64,000 nt of DNA from Eledone cirrhosa (taxonomy: Eukaryota). The DNA is taken from assembly GCA_964016885.1 (NCBI GenBank), contig OZ024743.1:133858001-133922000 (forward strand), read 5' to 3'. How positions within the stretch are numbered: the first letter of the stretch is position 1; every line of letters begins with the position of its first letter. The position numbers were made by a program, and so were the translations under genes. This document shows positions 34,850-47,025 of this stretch, in pieces. The notes under the pieces are model-generated. The model did no database searches. It was given only the letters and a program-made list of their open reading frames with translations, and was not told the DNA's origin.

Positions 34850-35400
34850 TGGTGCTAGGTGCTTGGTGTTTGGTGTTTGGTGTTTGATGCTTGGTGTTTG
34901 GTGCTTGGTGTTTGGTGCTTGGTGCTTGGGGCTTGGTGTTTGGTGCTTGGTGTTTGGTGTTTGGTGTTTGGTGCTTGGTGCTTGGTGTTTGGTGCTTGGT
35001 GCTGGGTGGTTGGTGTTTGGTGCTTGGTGCTTGGTGTTTCGTGCTAGGTGCATGGTGCTTGGTGTTTGGTGCTTGGTGCTTGGTGCTTGGTGCTTGGTGC
35101 TTGGTCCTTGGTGTTTGGTGCTTGGTGCTAGGTGCTTGGTGTTTGGTGTTTGGTGTTTGATGCTTGGTGTTTGGTGCTTGGTGTTTGGTGCTTGGTGCTT
35201 GGGGCTTGGTGTTTGGTGCTTGGTGTTTGGTGTTTGGTGTTTGGTGCTTGGTGCTTGGTGTTTGGTGCTTGGTGCTGGGTGGTTGGTGTTTGGTGCTTGG
35301 TGCTTGGTGTTTCGTGCTAGGTGCATGGTGCTTGGTGTTTGGTGCTTGGTGCTTGGTGCTTGGTGCTTGGTGCTTGGTCCTTGGTGTTTGGTGCTTGGTG
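34850..35400 (+). repeat. 273-bp (39-monomer) local tandem duplication
   Basis: Identical 62-aa ORFs at 34859 and 35132. TTTCGTGCTAGGTGCATGG near 35037 and 35310. Confidence 0.85.
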
Positions 35401-35732
35401 CTTGGTGTTTGGTGTTTGGTGCTTGGTGCTTGGTGCTTCGTGTTTGGTGTTTGGTGCTTGGTGTCTGGAGCTTGGTGTTTGGTGTTTGGTGCTTGGTGTT
35501 TGGTGTTTCGTGCTTGGTGCTTGGTGTTTGGTGCTTGGTGCTTGGTGTTTGGTGCTTGGTGTTTGGTGCTTGGTTCTTGGTGTTTGGTGCTTGGTGTTTG
35601 GAGCTTGGTGCTTGGTGTGTGGTGCTTGGTGCTTGGTGTTTGGTGTTTGGTGCTTGGTGCTTGGTGTTTGGTGTTTGGTGCTTGGTGTTTGGTGTTTGGT
35701 GCTTGGTGCTTGGTGTTTGTTGCTTGGTACTT

Positions 35733-38700
35733 GGTGCATGGTGTTTGGTGCTGGGTGCTTGGTGTTTTGTGCTTGGTTCTTGGTGTTTGGTGTTTGGTGC
35801 TTGGTACTTGGTGTCTGGAGCTTGGTGTTTGGTGTTTGGTGCTTGGTGTTTGGTGCTTGGTGCTTGGTGTTTGGTGTTTGGTGTTTGATGCTTGGTGTTT
35901 TATGCTTGGTGCTTGGTGTTTGGTGCTTGGTGTTTGTATTCGGTGCTTGGTGCTTGGTGTTTTGTGCTTGGGTCTTGGTGTTTGGTGTTTGGTGCTTGCT
36001 ACTTGTTGCTTGGTGTTAGGTGTTTGGTGCTTGGTGCTTGGTGTTTGGTGTTTGGTCCTTGGTGCTTGGTGCTTGGTGTTTAGTGCTTGGTGCTTGGTGT
36101 TTGTTGTTTGGTGCTTTCTGTTTGCTGCTTGGTGTTTGCTGCTTGGTGCTTGGTGCTTGGTGTTTGGTGTTTGGTGCTAGGTGCTTGGTGTTTGGTGTTT
36201 GGTGTTTGATGCTTGGTGTTTGGTGCTTGGTGTTTGGTGCTTGGTGCTTGGGGCTTGGTGTTTGGTGCTTGGTGCTTGGTGCTTGGTGTTTGGTGCTTGG
36301 TGCTTGGTGTTTGGTGTTTGGTGTTTGGTGCTTGGTGCTTGGTGTTTGGTGCTTGGTGCTTGGTGCTGGGTGGTTGGTATTTGGTGCTTGGTGCTTGGTG
36401 TTTGGTGCTTGGTGCTTGGTGCTTGGTGTTTGGTGCTTGGTGCTTGGTGCTTGGTCTTTGGTGCTTGGTGTTTGGTGTTTGGTGTTTGGTGCTTTGTGTT
36501 TGGTGCTTGGTGATTAGTGTTTGGTGCTTGGTACTTGGTGTTTGGTGCTTGGTGTTTGGTGTTTGCTGTTTGGTGTTTGGTGTTTGCTGTTTGCTGTTTG
36601 GTGTCTGCTTTTTGGTGTTTGGTGTTTGCTGTATGGTGTTTGCTGTTTCGTGTTTGGTGTTTGCTGTTTGCTGTTTGGTGTTTGCTGTTTGGTGTTTGGT
36701 CTTTGGTGCTTGGTGTTTGGTGCTTGGTGCTTGGTGTTTGGTGTTTGGTGCTTGGTGCTTGGTGCTTGGTGTTTGGTGCTTGGTGTCTGGTGCTTGGTGT
36801 CTGGTGCTTGGTGTTTGGTGTTTGGTGTTTGGTGCTTGGTGTTTGGTGTTTGGTGTTTGGTGTTTGGTGCTTGTTGCTTGGTGCTTGGTGCTTGGTGTTT
36901 GGTGCTTGGTGCTTGGTGTTTGGTGCTGGGTGCTTGGTGTTTGGTGCTTGGTGCTTGGTGCTTGGTGTTTGGTGTTTGGTGCTTGGTGCTTGGTGTTTGG
37001 TGTTTGGTGTTATATGCTTGGTGTTTGATGCTTGGTGCTTGGTGCTTGGTGTTTGGTGTTTGGTGCTTGGTGTTTTATGCTTGGTGTTTGATGTTTGGTG
37101 CTTGGTGCTTGGTTTTTGGTGCTTGGTGCTTGGTGTTTCTACTTGGTGCTTGGTGCTTGGTTCTTGGTGTTTGGTGCTTGGTGCTTGGTGCTTGGTGCTT
37201 GGTGTTTGGTGCTTGGTGTTTGGTGCTTGGTGTTTGGTGCTTGGTGCCTGGTGCTTGGTGCTTGGTGCTTGGTGTTTGGTGCTTGGTGTTTGGTGCTTGG
37301 TATTAGGTGTTTGGTGCTTGGTGCTTGGTGTTTGGTGTTTGGTGCTTGGTGTTTGGTGCTTGGTGTTTGGTGTTTGGTGCTTGGTGTTTGGTGCTTGGTA
37401 CTTGGTGCTTGGTGCTTGGTGTTAGGTGTTTGGTGCTTGGTGCTTGGTGTTTGGTTTTTGGTGCTTGGTGCTTGGTGTTTGGTGTTTGGTGCTTGCTGCG
37501 GGCTGCTTGGTGTTTGGTGCTTGGTGATTGGTGCTTGGTGTTTGGTGCTTGGTGTTTGGTGTTTGGTACTAGGTGCTTGGTGCTTGGTGTTTGGTGCTTG
37601 GTGCTTGGTGTTTGGTGTTTGGTGCTTGGTGCTTGGTGTTTGGTGTTTCCTGTTTGCTGTTTGGTGTTTGGTGTTTGGTGTTTGCTGTTTGGTGTCTGCT
37701 TTTTGGTGTTTGGTGTTTGCTGTATGTTATTTGCTGTTTGGTGTTTGGTGTTTGGTGTTTGGTGCTTGGTGCTTGGTGTTTGGTGCTTGGTGCTTGGTGT
37801 TTGGTGCCTGGTGCTTGGGGCTTGGTGTTTGGTGTTTGGTGCTTGGTGCTTGGAGTTTGGTGTTTGGTGCTTGGTGCTTGGTGTTTTGTGTTTGGTGTTT
37901 GGTTTTTGGTGCTTGGTGCTTGGTGCTTGGTGCTTGGTCCTTGGTGTTTGGTGCTTGGTGCTTGGTGTTTGTACTTGGTGCTTGGTGCTTGGTGTTTGGT
38001 TCTCGGTTCTTGGTGTTTGGTACTTGGTGCTTGGTGCTTGGTGTTTGGTGCTGGGTGCTTGGTGTTTGGTGTTTGGTGTTTGGTGCTTGGTGCTTGGTGT
38101 TTGGTGCTTGGTGCTTGGTGCTGGGTGGTTGGTATTTGGTGCTTGGTGCTTGGTGTTTGGTGCTTGGTGCTTGGTGCTTGGTGTTTGGTGCTTGGTGCTT
38201 GGTGCTTGGTCTTTGGTGCTTGGTGTTTGGTGTTTGGTGCTTGGTGCTTTGTGTTTGGTGCTTGGTGATTAGTGTTTGGTGCTTGGTACTTGGTGTTTGG
38301 TGCTTGGTGTTTGGTGTTTGCTGTTTGGTGTTTGGTGTTTGGTGTTTGCTGTTTGGTGTCTGCTTTTTGGTGTTTGGTGTTTGGTGTTTGGTGTTTGCTG
38401 TTTGGTGTTTGGTCTTTGGTGCTTGGTGTTTGGTGCTTGGTGCTTGGTGTTTGGTGTTTGGTGCTTGGTGTTTGGTGTTTGGTGCTTGGTGCTTGGTGCT
38501 TGGTGTTTGGTGCTTGGTGTCTGGTGCTTGGTGTCTGGTGCTTGGTGTTTGGTGTTTGGTGTTTGGTGCTTGGTGTTTGGTGTTTGGTGTTTGGTGTTTG
38601 GTGCTTGTTGCTTGGTGCTTGGTGCTTGGTGTTTGGTGCTTGGTGCTTGGTGTTTGGTGCTGGGTGCTTGGTGTTTGGTGCTTGGTGCTTGGTGTTTGGT

Positions 38701-41700
38701 GTTTGGTGCTTGGTGCTTGGTGTTTGGTGTTTGGTGTTATATGCTTGGTGTTTGGTGCTTGGTGCTTGGTGTTTGGTGTTTGGTTCTTGATGCTTGGTAT
38801 TTGGTGCTTGGTGCTTGCTGCTTGGTGTTTGGTGCTTGGTGATTGATGCTTGGTGTTTGGTGCTTGGTGCTTGGTGTTTGGTTTTTGGTGCTAGGTGCTT
38901 GGTGCTTGGTGTTTGGTGCTTGGTGTTTGGTGTTTGGTGCTTGGTGCTTGGTGTTTGGTACTTGGTGCTTGGTGCTTGGTGTTTGGTGCTTGGTGCTTGG
39001 TGTTTGGTGTTTGGTGTTTGGTGCTTGGTGCTTGGTGTTTGGTGCTTGGTGCTGGGTGGTTGGTGTTTGGTGCTTGGTGCTTGGTGTTTTGTGCTAGGTG
39101 CATGGTGCCTGGTGTTTGGTGCTTGGTGCTTGGTGCTTGGTCTTTGGTGTTTGGTGTTTAGTGCTTGGTGCTTGGTGCTTGGTGCTTGGTGCTTGGTGCT
39201 TGGTCCTTGGTGCTTGGTGTTTGGTGTTTGGTGCTTGGTGCTTGGTGCTTCGTGTTTGGTGTTTGGTGCTTGGTGTCTGGAGCTTGGTGTTTGGTGTTTG
39301 GTGCTTGGTGTTTGGTGTTTGGTGCTTGGTGCTTGGTGTTTGGTGCTTGGTGCTTGGTGCTTGGTGTTTGGTGCTTGGTGCTTGGTGCTTGGTCTTTGGT
39401 GCTTGGTGTTTGGTGTTTGGTGCTTGGTGCTTTGTGTTTGGTGCTTGGTGATTAGTGTTTGGTGCTTGGTACTTGGTGTTTGGTGCTTGGTGTTTGGTGT
39501 TTGCTGTTTGGTGTTTGGTGTTTGCTGTTTGCTGTTTGGTGTCTGCTTTTTGGTGTTTGGTGTTTGGTGTATGGTGTTTGCTGTTTCGTGTTTGGTGTTT
39601 GCTGTTTGGTGTTTGGTGTTTGCTGTTTGGTGTTTGGTCTTTGGTGCTTGGTGTTTGGTGCTTGGTGCTTGGTGTTTGGTGTTTGGTGCTTGGTGCTTGG
39701 TGCTTGGTGTTTGGTGCTTGGTGTCTGGTGCTTGGTGTCTGGTGCTTGGTGTTTGGTGTTTGGTGTTTGGTGCTTGGTGTTTGGTGTTTGGTGTTTGGTG
39801 TTTGGTGCTTGTTCCTTGGTGCTTGGTGCTTGGTGTTTGGTGCTTGGTGCTTGGTGTTTGGTGCTGGGTGCTTGGTGTTTGGTGCTTGGTGCTTGGTGCT
39901 TGGTGTTTGGTGTTTGGTGCTTGGTGCTTGGTGTTTGGTGTTTGGTGTTATATGCTTGGTGTTTGATGCTTGGTGCTTGGTGCTTGGTGTTTGGTGTTTG
40001 GTGCTTGGTGTTTTATGCTTGGTGTTTGATGTTTGGTGCTTGGTGCTTGGTGTTTGGTGCTTGGTGCTTGGTGTTTCTACTTGGTGCTTGGTGCTTGGTG
40101 TTTGGTTCTTGGTTCTTGGTGTTTGGTACTTGGTGCTTGGTGCTTGGTGTTTGGTGCTTGGTGCTTGGAGTTTGGTGTTTGGTGCTTGGTGCTTGGTGTT
40201 TTGTGTTTGGTGTTTGGTTTTTGGTGCTTGGTGCTTGGTGCTTGGTGCTTGGTCCTTGGTGTTTGGTGCTTGGTGCTTGGTGTTTGTACTTGGTGCTTGG
40301 TGCTTGGTGTTTGGTTCTTGGTTCTTGGTGTTTGGTACTTGGTGCTTGGTGCTTGGTGTTTGGTGCTTGGTGCTTGGTGTTTGGTGTTTGGTGTTTGGTG
40401 CTTGGTGCTTGGTGTTTGGTGCTGGGTGGTTGGTATTTGGTGCTTGGTGCTTGGTGTTTGGTGCTTGGTGCTTGGTGCTTGGTGTTTGGTGCTTGGTGCT
40501 TGGTGCTTGGTCTTTGGTGCTTGGTGTTTGGTGTTTGGTGCTTGGTGCTTTGTGTTTGGTGCTTGGTGATTAGTGTTTGGTGCTTGGTACTTGGTGTTTG
40601 GTGCTTGGTGTTTGGTGTTTGCTGTTTGGTGTTTGGTGTTTGGTGTTTGCTGTTTGGTGTCTGCTTTTTGCTGTTTGGTGTTTGCTGTATGGTGTTTGCT
40701 GTTTGGTGTTTGGTGTTTGCTGTTTGGTGTTTGGTGTTTGCTGTTTGGTGTTTGGTCTTTGGTGCTTGGTGTTTGGTGCTTGGTGCTTGGTGCTTGGTGT
40801 CTGGTGCTTGGTGTTTGGTGTTTGGTGTTTGGTGCTTGGTGTTTGGTGTTTGGTGTTTGGTGTTTGGTGCTTGTTGCTTGGTGCTTGGTGCTTGGTGTTT
40901 GGTGCTTGGTGCTTGGTGTTTGGTGCTGGGTGTTTGGTGTTTGGTGCTTGGTGCTTGGTGTTTGGTGTTTGGTGCTTGGTGCTTGGTGTTTGGTGTTTGG
41001 TGTTATATGCTTGGTGTTTGGTGCTTGGTGCTTGGTGTTTGGTGTTTGGTTCTTGATGCTTGGTATTTGGTGCTTGGTGCTTGCTGCTTGGTGTTTGGTG
41101 CTTGGTGATTGATGCTTGGTGTTTGGTGCTTGGTGCTTGGTGTTTGGTTTTTGGTGCTAGGTGCTTGGTGCTTGGTGTTTGGTGCTTGGTGTTTGGTGTT
41201 TGGTGCTTGGTGCTTGGTGTTTGGTACTTGGTGCTTGGTGCTTGGTGTTTGGTGCTTGGTGCTTGGTGTTTGGTGTTTGGTGTTTGGTGCTTGGTGCTTG
41301 GTGTTTGGTGCTTGGTGCTGGGTGGTTGGTGTTTGGTGCTTGGTGCTTGGTGTTTTGTGCTAGGTGCATGGTGCATGGTGTTTGGTGCTGGGTGCTTGGT
41401 GTTTTGTGCTTGGTTCTTGGTGTTTGGTGTTTGGTGCTTGGTACTTGGTGTCTGGAGCTTGGTGTTTGGTGTTTGGTGCTTGGTGTTTGGTGCTTGGTGC
41501 TTGGTGTTTGGTGTTTGGTGTTTGATGCTTGGTGTTTTATGCTTGGTGCTTGGTGTTTGGTGCTTGGTGTTTGTATTCGGTGCTTGGTGCTTGGTGTTTT
41601 GTGCTTGGGTCTTGGTGTTTGGTGTTTGGTGCTTGCTACTTGTTGCTTGGTGTTAGGTGTTTGGTGCTTGGTGCTTGGTGTTTGGTGTTTGGTCCTTGGT

Positions 41701-44700
41701 GCTTGGTGCTTGGTGTTTAGTGCTTGGTGCTTGGTGTTTGTTGTTTGGTGCTTTCTGTTTGCTGCTTGGTGTTTGCTGCTTGGTGCTTGGTGCTTGGTGT
41801 TTGGTGTTTGGTGCTAGGTGCTTGGTGTTTGGTGTTTGGTGTTTGATGCTTGGTGTTTGGTGCTTGGTGTTTGGTGCTTGGTGCTTGGGGCTTGGTGTTT
41901 GGTGCTTGGTGCTTGGTGCTTGGTGTTTGGTGCTTGGTGCTTGGTGTTTGGTGTTTGGTGTTTGGTGCTTGGTGCTTGGTGTTTGGTGCTTGGTGCTTGG
42001 TGCTGGGTGGTTGGTATTTGGTGCTTGGTGCTTGGTGTTTGGTGCTTGGTGCTTGGTGCTTGGTGTTTGGTGCTTGGTGCTTGGTGCTTGGTCTTTGGTG
42101 CTTGGTGTTTGGTGTTTGGTGTTTGGTGCTTTGTGTTTGGTGCTTGGTGATTAGTGTTTGGTGCTTGGTACTTGGTGTTTGGTGCTTGGTGTTTGGTGTT
42201 TGCTGTTTGGTGTTTGGTGTTTGCTGTTTGCTGTTTGGTGTCTGCTTTTTGGTGTTTGGTGTTTGCTGTATGGTGTTTGCTGTTTCGTGTTTGGTGTTTG
42301 CTGTTTGCTGTTTGGTGTTTGCTGTTTGGTGTTTGGTCTTTGGTGCTTGGTGTTTGGTGCTTGGTGCTTGGTGTTTGGTGTTTGGTGCTTGGTGCTTGGT
42401 GCTTGGTGTTTGGTGCTTGGTGTCTGGTGCTTGGTGTCTGGTGCTTGGTGTTTGGTGTTTGGTGTTTGGTGCTTGGTGTTTGGTGTTTGGTGTTTGGTGT
42501 TTGGTGCTTGTTGCTTGGTGCTTGGTGCTTGGTGTTTGGTGCTTGGTGCTTGGTGTTTGGTGCTGGGTGCTTGGTGTTTGGTGCTTGGTGCTTGGTGCTT
42601 GGTGTTTGGTGTTTGGTGCTTGGTGCTTGGTGTTTGGTGTTTGGTGTTATATGCTTGGTGTTTGATGCTTGGTGCTTGGTGCTTGGTGTTTGGTGTTTGG
42701 TGCTTGGTGTTTTATGCTTGGTGTTTGATGTTTGGTGCTTGGTGCTTGGTTTTTGGTGCTTGGTGCTTGGTGTTTCTACTTGGTGCTTGGTGCTTGGTTC
42801 TTGGTGTTTGGTGCTTGGTGCTTGGTGCTTGGTGCTTGGTGTTTGGTGCTTGGTGTTTGGTGCTTGGTGTTTGGTGCTTGGTGCCTGGTGCTTGGTGCTT
42901 GGTGCTTGGTGTTTGGTGCTTGGTGTTTGGTGCTTGGTATTAGGTGTTTGGTGCTTGGTGCTTGGTGTTTGGTGTTTGGTGCTTGGTGTTTGGTGCTTGG
43001 TGTTTGGTGTTTGGTGCTTGGTGTTTGGTGCTTGGTACTTGGTGCTTGGTGCTTGGTGTTAGGTGTTTGGTGCTTGGTGCTTGGTGTTTGGTTTTTGGTG
43101 CTTGGTGCTTGGTGTTTGGTGTTTGGTGCTTGCTGCGGGCTGCTTGGTGTTTGGTGCTTGGTGATTGGTGCTTGGTGTTTGGTGCTTGGTGTTTGGTGTT
43201 TGGTACTAGGTGCTTGGTGCTTGGTGTTTGGTGCTTGGTGCTTGGTGTTTGGTGTTTGGTGCTTGGTGCTTGGTGTTTGGTGTTTCCTGTTTGCTGTTTG
43301 GTGTTTGGTGTTTGGTGTTTGCTGTTTGGTGTCTGCTTTTTGGTGTTTGGTGTTTGCTGTATGTTATTTGCTGTTTGGTGTTTGGTGTTTGGTGTTTGGT
43401 GCTTGGTGCTTGGTGTTTGGTGCTTGGTGCTTGGTGTTTGGTGCCTGGTGCTTGGGGCTTGGTGTTTGGTGTTTGGTGCTTGGTGCTTGGAGTTTGGTGT
43501 TTGATGCTTGGTGCTTGGTGTTTTGTGTTTGGTGTTTGGTTTTTGGTGCTTGGTGCTTGGTGCTTGGTGCTTGGTCCTTGGTGTTTGGTGCTTGGTGCTT
43601 GGTGTTTGTACTTGGTGCTTGGTGCTTGGTGTTTGGTTCTCGGTTCTTGGTGTTTGGTACTTGGTGCTTGGTGCTTGGTGTTTGGTGCTTGGTGCTTGGT
43701 GTTTGGTGTTTGGTGTTTGGTGCTTGGTGCTTGGTGTTTGGTGCTTGGTGCTTGGTGCTGGGTGGTTGGTATTTGGTGCTTGGTGCTTGGTGTTTGGTGC
43801 TTGGTGCTTGGTGCTTGGTGTTTGGTGCTTGGTGCTTGGTGCTTGGTCTTTGGTGCTTGGTGTTTGGTGTTTGGTGCTTGGTGCTTTGTGTTTGGTGCTT
43901 GGTGATTAGTGTTTGGTGCTTGGTACTTGGTGTTTGGTGCTTGGTGTTTGGTGTTTGCTGTTTGGTGTTTGGTGTTTGGTGTTTGCTGTTTGGTGTCTGC
44001 TTTTTGGTGTTTGGTGTTTGGTGTTTGGTGTTTGCTGTTTGGTGTTTGGTCTTTGGTGCTTGGTGTTTGGTGCTTGGTGCTTGGTGTTTGGTGTTTGGTG
44101 CTTGGTGTTTGGTGTTTGGTGCTTGGTGCTTGGTGCTTGGTGTTTGGTGCTTGGTGTCTGGTGCTTGGTGTCTGGTGCTTGGTGTTTGGTGTTTGGTGTT
44201 TGGTGCTTGGTGTTTGGTGTTTGGTGTTTGGTGTTTGGTGCTTGTTGCTTGGTGCTTGGTGCTTGGTGTTTGGTGCTTGGTGCTTGGTGTTTGGTGCTGG
44301 GTGCTTGGTGTTTGGTGCTTGGTGCTTGGTGTTTGGTGTTTGGTGCTTGGTGCTTGGTGTTTGGTGTTTGGTGTTATATGCTTGGTGTTTGGTGCTTGGT
44401 GCTTGGTGTTTGGTGTTTGGTTCTTGATGCTTGGTATTTGGTGCTTGGTGCTTGCTGCTTGGTGTTTGGTGCTTGGTAATTGATGCTTGGTGTTTGGTGC
44501 TTGGTGCTTGGTGTTTGGTTTTTGGTGCTAGGTGCTTGGTGCTTGGTGTTTGGTGCTTGGTGTTTGGTGTTTGGTGCTTGGTGCTTGGTATTTGGTACTT
44601 GGTGCTTGGTGCTTGGTGTTTGGTGCTTGGTGCTTGGTGTTTGGTGTTTGGTGTTTGGTGCTTGGTGCTTGGTGTTTGGTGCTTGGTGCTGGGTGGTTGG

Positions 44701-47025
44701 TGTTTGGTGCTTGGTGCTTGGTGTTTTGTGCTAGGTGCATGGTGCCTGGTGTTTGGTGCTTGGTGCTTGGTGCTTGGTCTTTGGTGTTTGGTGTTTAGTG
44801 CTTGGTGCTTGGTGCTTGGTGCTTGGTGCTTGGTGCTTGGTCCTTGGTGCTTGGTGTTTGGTGTTTGGTGCTTGGTGCTTGGTGCTTCGTGTTTGGTGTT
44901 TGGTGCTTGGTGTCTGGAGCTTGGTGTTTGGTGTTTGGTGCTTGGTGTTTGGTGTTTGGTGCTTGGTGCTTGGTGTTTGGTGCTTGGTGCTTGGTGCTTG
45001 GTGTTTGGTGCTTGGTGCTTGGTGCTTGGTCTTTGGTGCTTGGTGTTTGGTGTTTGGTGCTTGGTGCTTTGTGTTTGGTGCTTGGTGATTAGTGTTTGGT
45101 GCTTGGTACTTGGTGTTTGGTGCTTGGTGTTTGGTGTTTGCTGTTTGGTGTTTGGTGTTTGCTGTTTGCTGTTTGGTGTCTGCTTTTTGGTGTTTGGTGT
45201 TTGGTGTATGGTGTTTGCTGTTTCGTGTTTGGTGTTTGCTGTTTGGTGTTTGGTGTTTGCTGTTTGGTGTTTGGTCTTTGGTGCTTGGTGTTTGGTGCTT
45301 GGTGCTTGGTGTTTGGTGTTTGGTGCTTGGTGCTTGGTGCTTGGTGTTTGGTGCTTGGTGTCTGGTGCTTGGTGTCTGGTGCTTGGTGTTTGGTGTTTGG
45401 TGTTTGGTGCTTGGTGTTTGGTGTTTGGTGTTTGGTGTTTGGTGTTTGGTGTTTGGTGCTTGTTCCTTGGTGCTTGGTGCTTGGTGTTTGGTGCTTGGTG
45501 CTTGGTGTTTGGTGCTGGGTGCTTGGTGTTTGGTGCTTGGTGCTTGGTGCTTGGTGTTTGGTGTTTGGTGCTTGGTGCTTGGTGTTTGGTGTTTGGTGTT
45601 ATATGCTTGGTGTTTGATGCTTGGTGCTTGGTGCTTGGTGTTTGGTGTTTGGTGCTTGGTGTTTTATGCTTGGTGTTTGATGTTTGGTGCTTGGTGCTTG
45701 GTGTTTGGTGCTTGGTGCTTGGTGTTTCTACTTGGTGCTTGGTGCTTGGTGTTTGGTTCTTGGTTCTTGGTGTTTGGTACTTGGTGCTTGGTGCTTGGTG
45801 TTTGGTGCTTGGTGCTTGGAGTTTGGTGTTTGGTGCTTGGTGCTTGGTGTTTTGTGTTTGGTGTTTGGTTTTTGGTGCTTGGTGCTTGGTGCTTGGTGCT
45901 TGGTCCTTGGTGTTTGGTGCTTGGTGCTTGGTGTTTGTACTTGGTGCTTGGTGCTTGGTGTTTGGTTCTTGGTTCTTGGTGTTTGGTACTTGGTGCTTGG
46001 TGCTTGGTGTTTGGTGCTTGGTGCTTGGTGTTTGGTGTTTGGTGTTTGGTGCTTGGTGCTTGGTGTTTGGTGCTGGGTGGTTGGTATTTGGTGCATGGTG
46101 CTTGGTGTTTGGTGCTTGGTGCTTGGTGCTTGGTGTTTGGTGCTTGGTGCTTGGTGCTTGGTCTTTGGTGCTTGGTGTTTGGTGTTTGGTGCTTGGTGCT
46201 TTGTGTTTGGTGCTTGGTGATTAGTGTTTGGTGCTTGGTACTTGGTGTTTGGTGCTTGGTGTTTGGTGTTTGCTGTTTGGTGTTTGGTGTTTGGTGTTTG
46301 CTGTTTGGTGTCTGCTTTTTGCTGTTTGGTGTTTGCTGTATGGTGTTTGCTGTTTCGTGTTTGGTGTTTGCTGTTTGGTGTTTGGTGTTTGCTGTTTGGT
46401 GTTTGGTCTTTGGTGCTTGGTGTTTGGTGCTTGGTGCTTGGTGCTTGGTGTCTGGTGCTTGGTGTTTGGTGTTTGGTGTTTGGTGCTTGGTGTTTGGTGT
46501 TTGGTGTTTGGTGTTTGGTGCTTGTTGCTTGGTGCTTGGTGCTTGGTGTTTGGTGCTTGGTGCTTGGTGTTTGGTGCTGGGTGTTTGGTGTTTGGTGCTT
46601 GGTGCTTGGTGTTTGGTGTTTGGTGCTTGGTGCTTGGTGTTTGGTGTTTGGTGTTATATGCTTGGTGTTTGGTGCTTGGTGCTTGGTGTTTGGTGTTTGG
46701 TTCTTGATGCTTGGTATTTGGTGCTTGGTGCTTGCTGCTTGGTGTTTGGTGCTTGGTGATTGATGCTTGGTGTTTGGTGCTTGGTGCTTGGTGTTTGGTT
46801 TTTGGTGCTAGGTGCTTGGTGCTTGGTGTTTGGTGCTTGGTGTTTGGTGTTTGGTGCTTGGTGCTTGGTGTTTGGTACTTGGTGCTTGGTGCTTGGTGTT
46901 TGGTGCTTGGTGCTTGGTGTTTGGTGTTTGGTGTTTGGTGCTTGGTGCTTGGTGTTTGGTGCTTGGTGCTGGGTGGTTGGTGTTTGGTGCTTGGTGCTTG
47001 GTGTTTTGTGCTAGGTGCATGGTGC
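35733..47025 (+). repeat. 5637/5651-bp tandem duplication (806 monomers), 2 copies
   Basis: Offsets are 5637 (35892/41529, 36517/42154, 37095/42732, 38794/44431, 39455/45092) and then 5651 (40033/45684, 41060/46711). Private variants TTGCTACTTGTTGC (about 35996 and 41633) and GCTGCGGGCTGC (about 37495 and 43132). 806x7 minus five 6-bp units = 5637. Confidence 0.93.
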
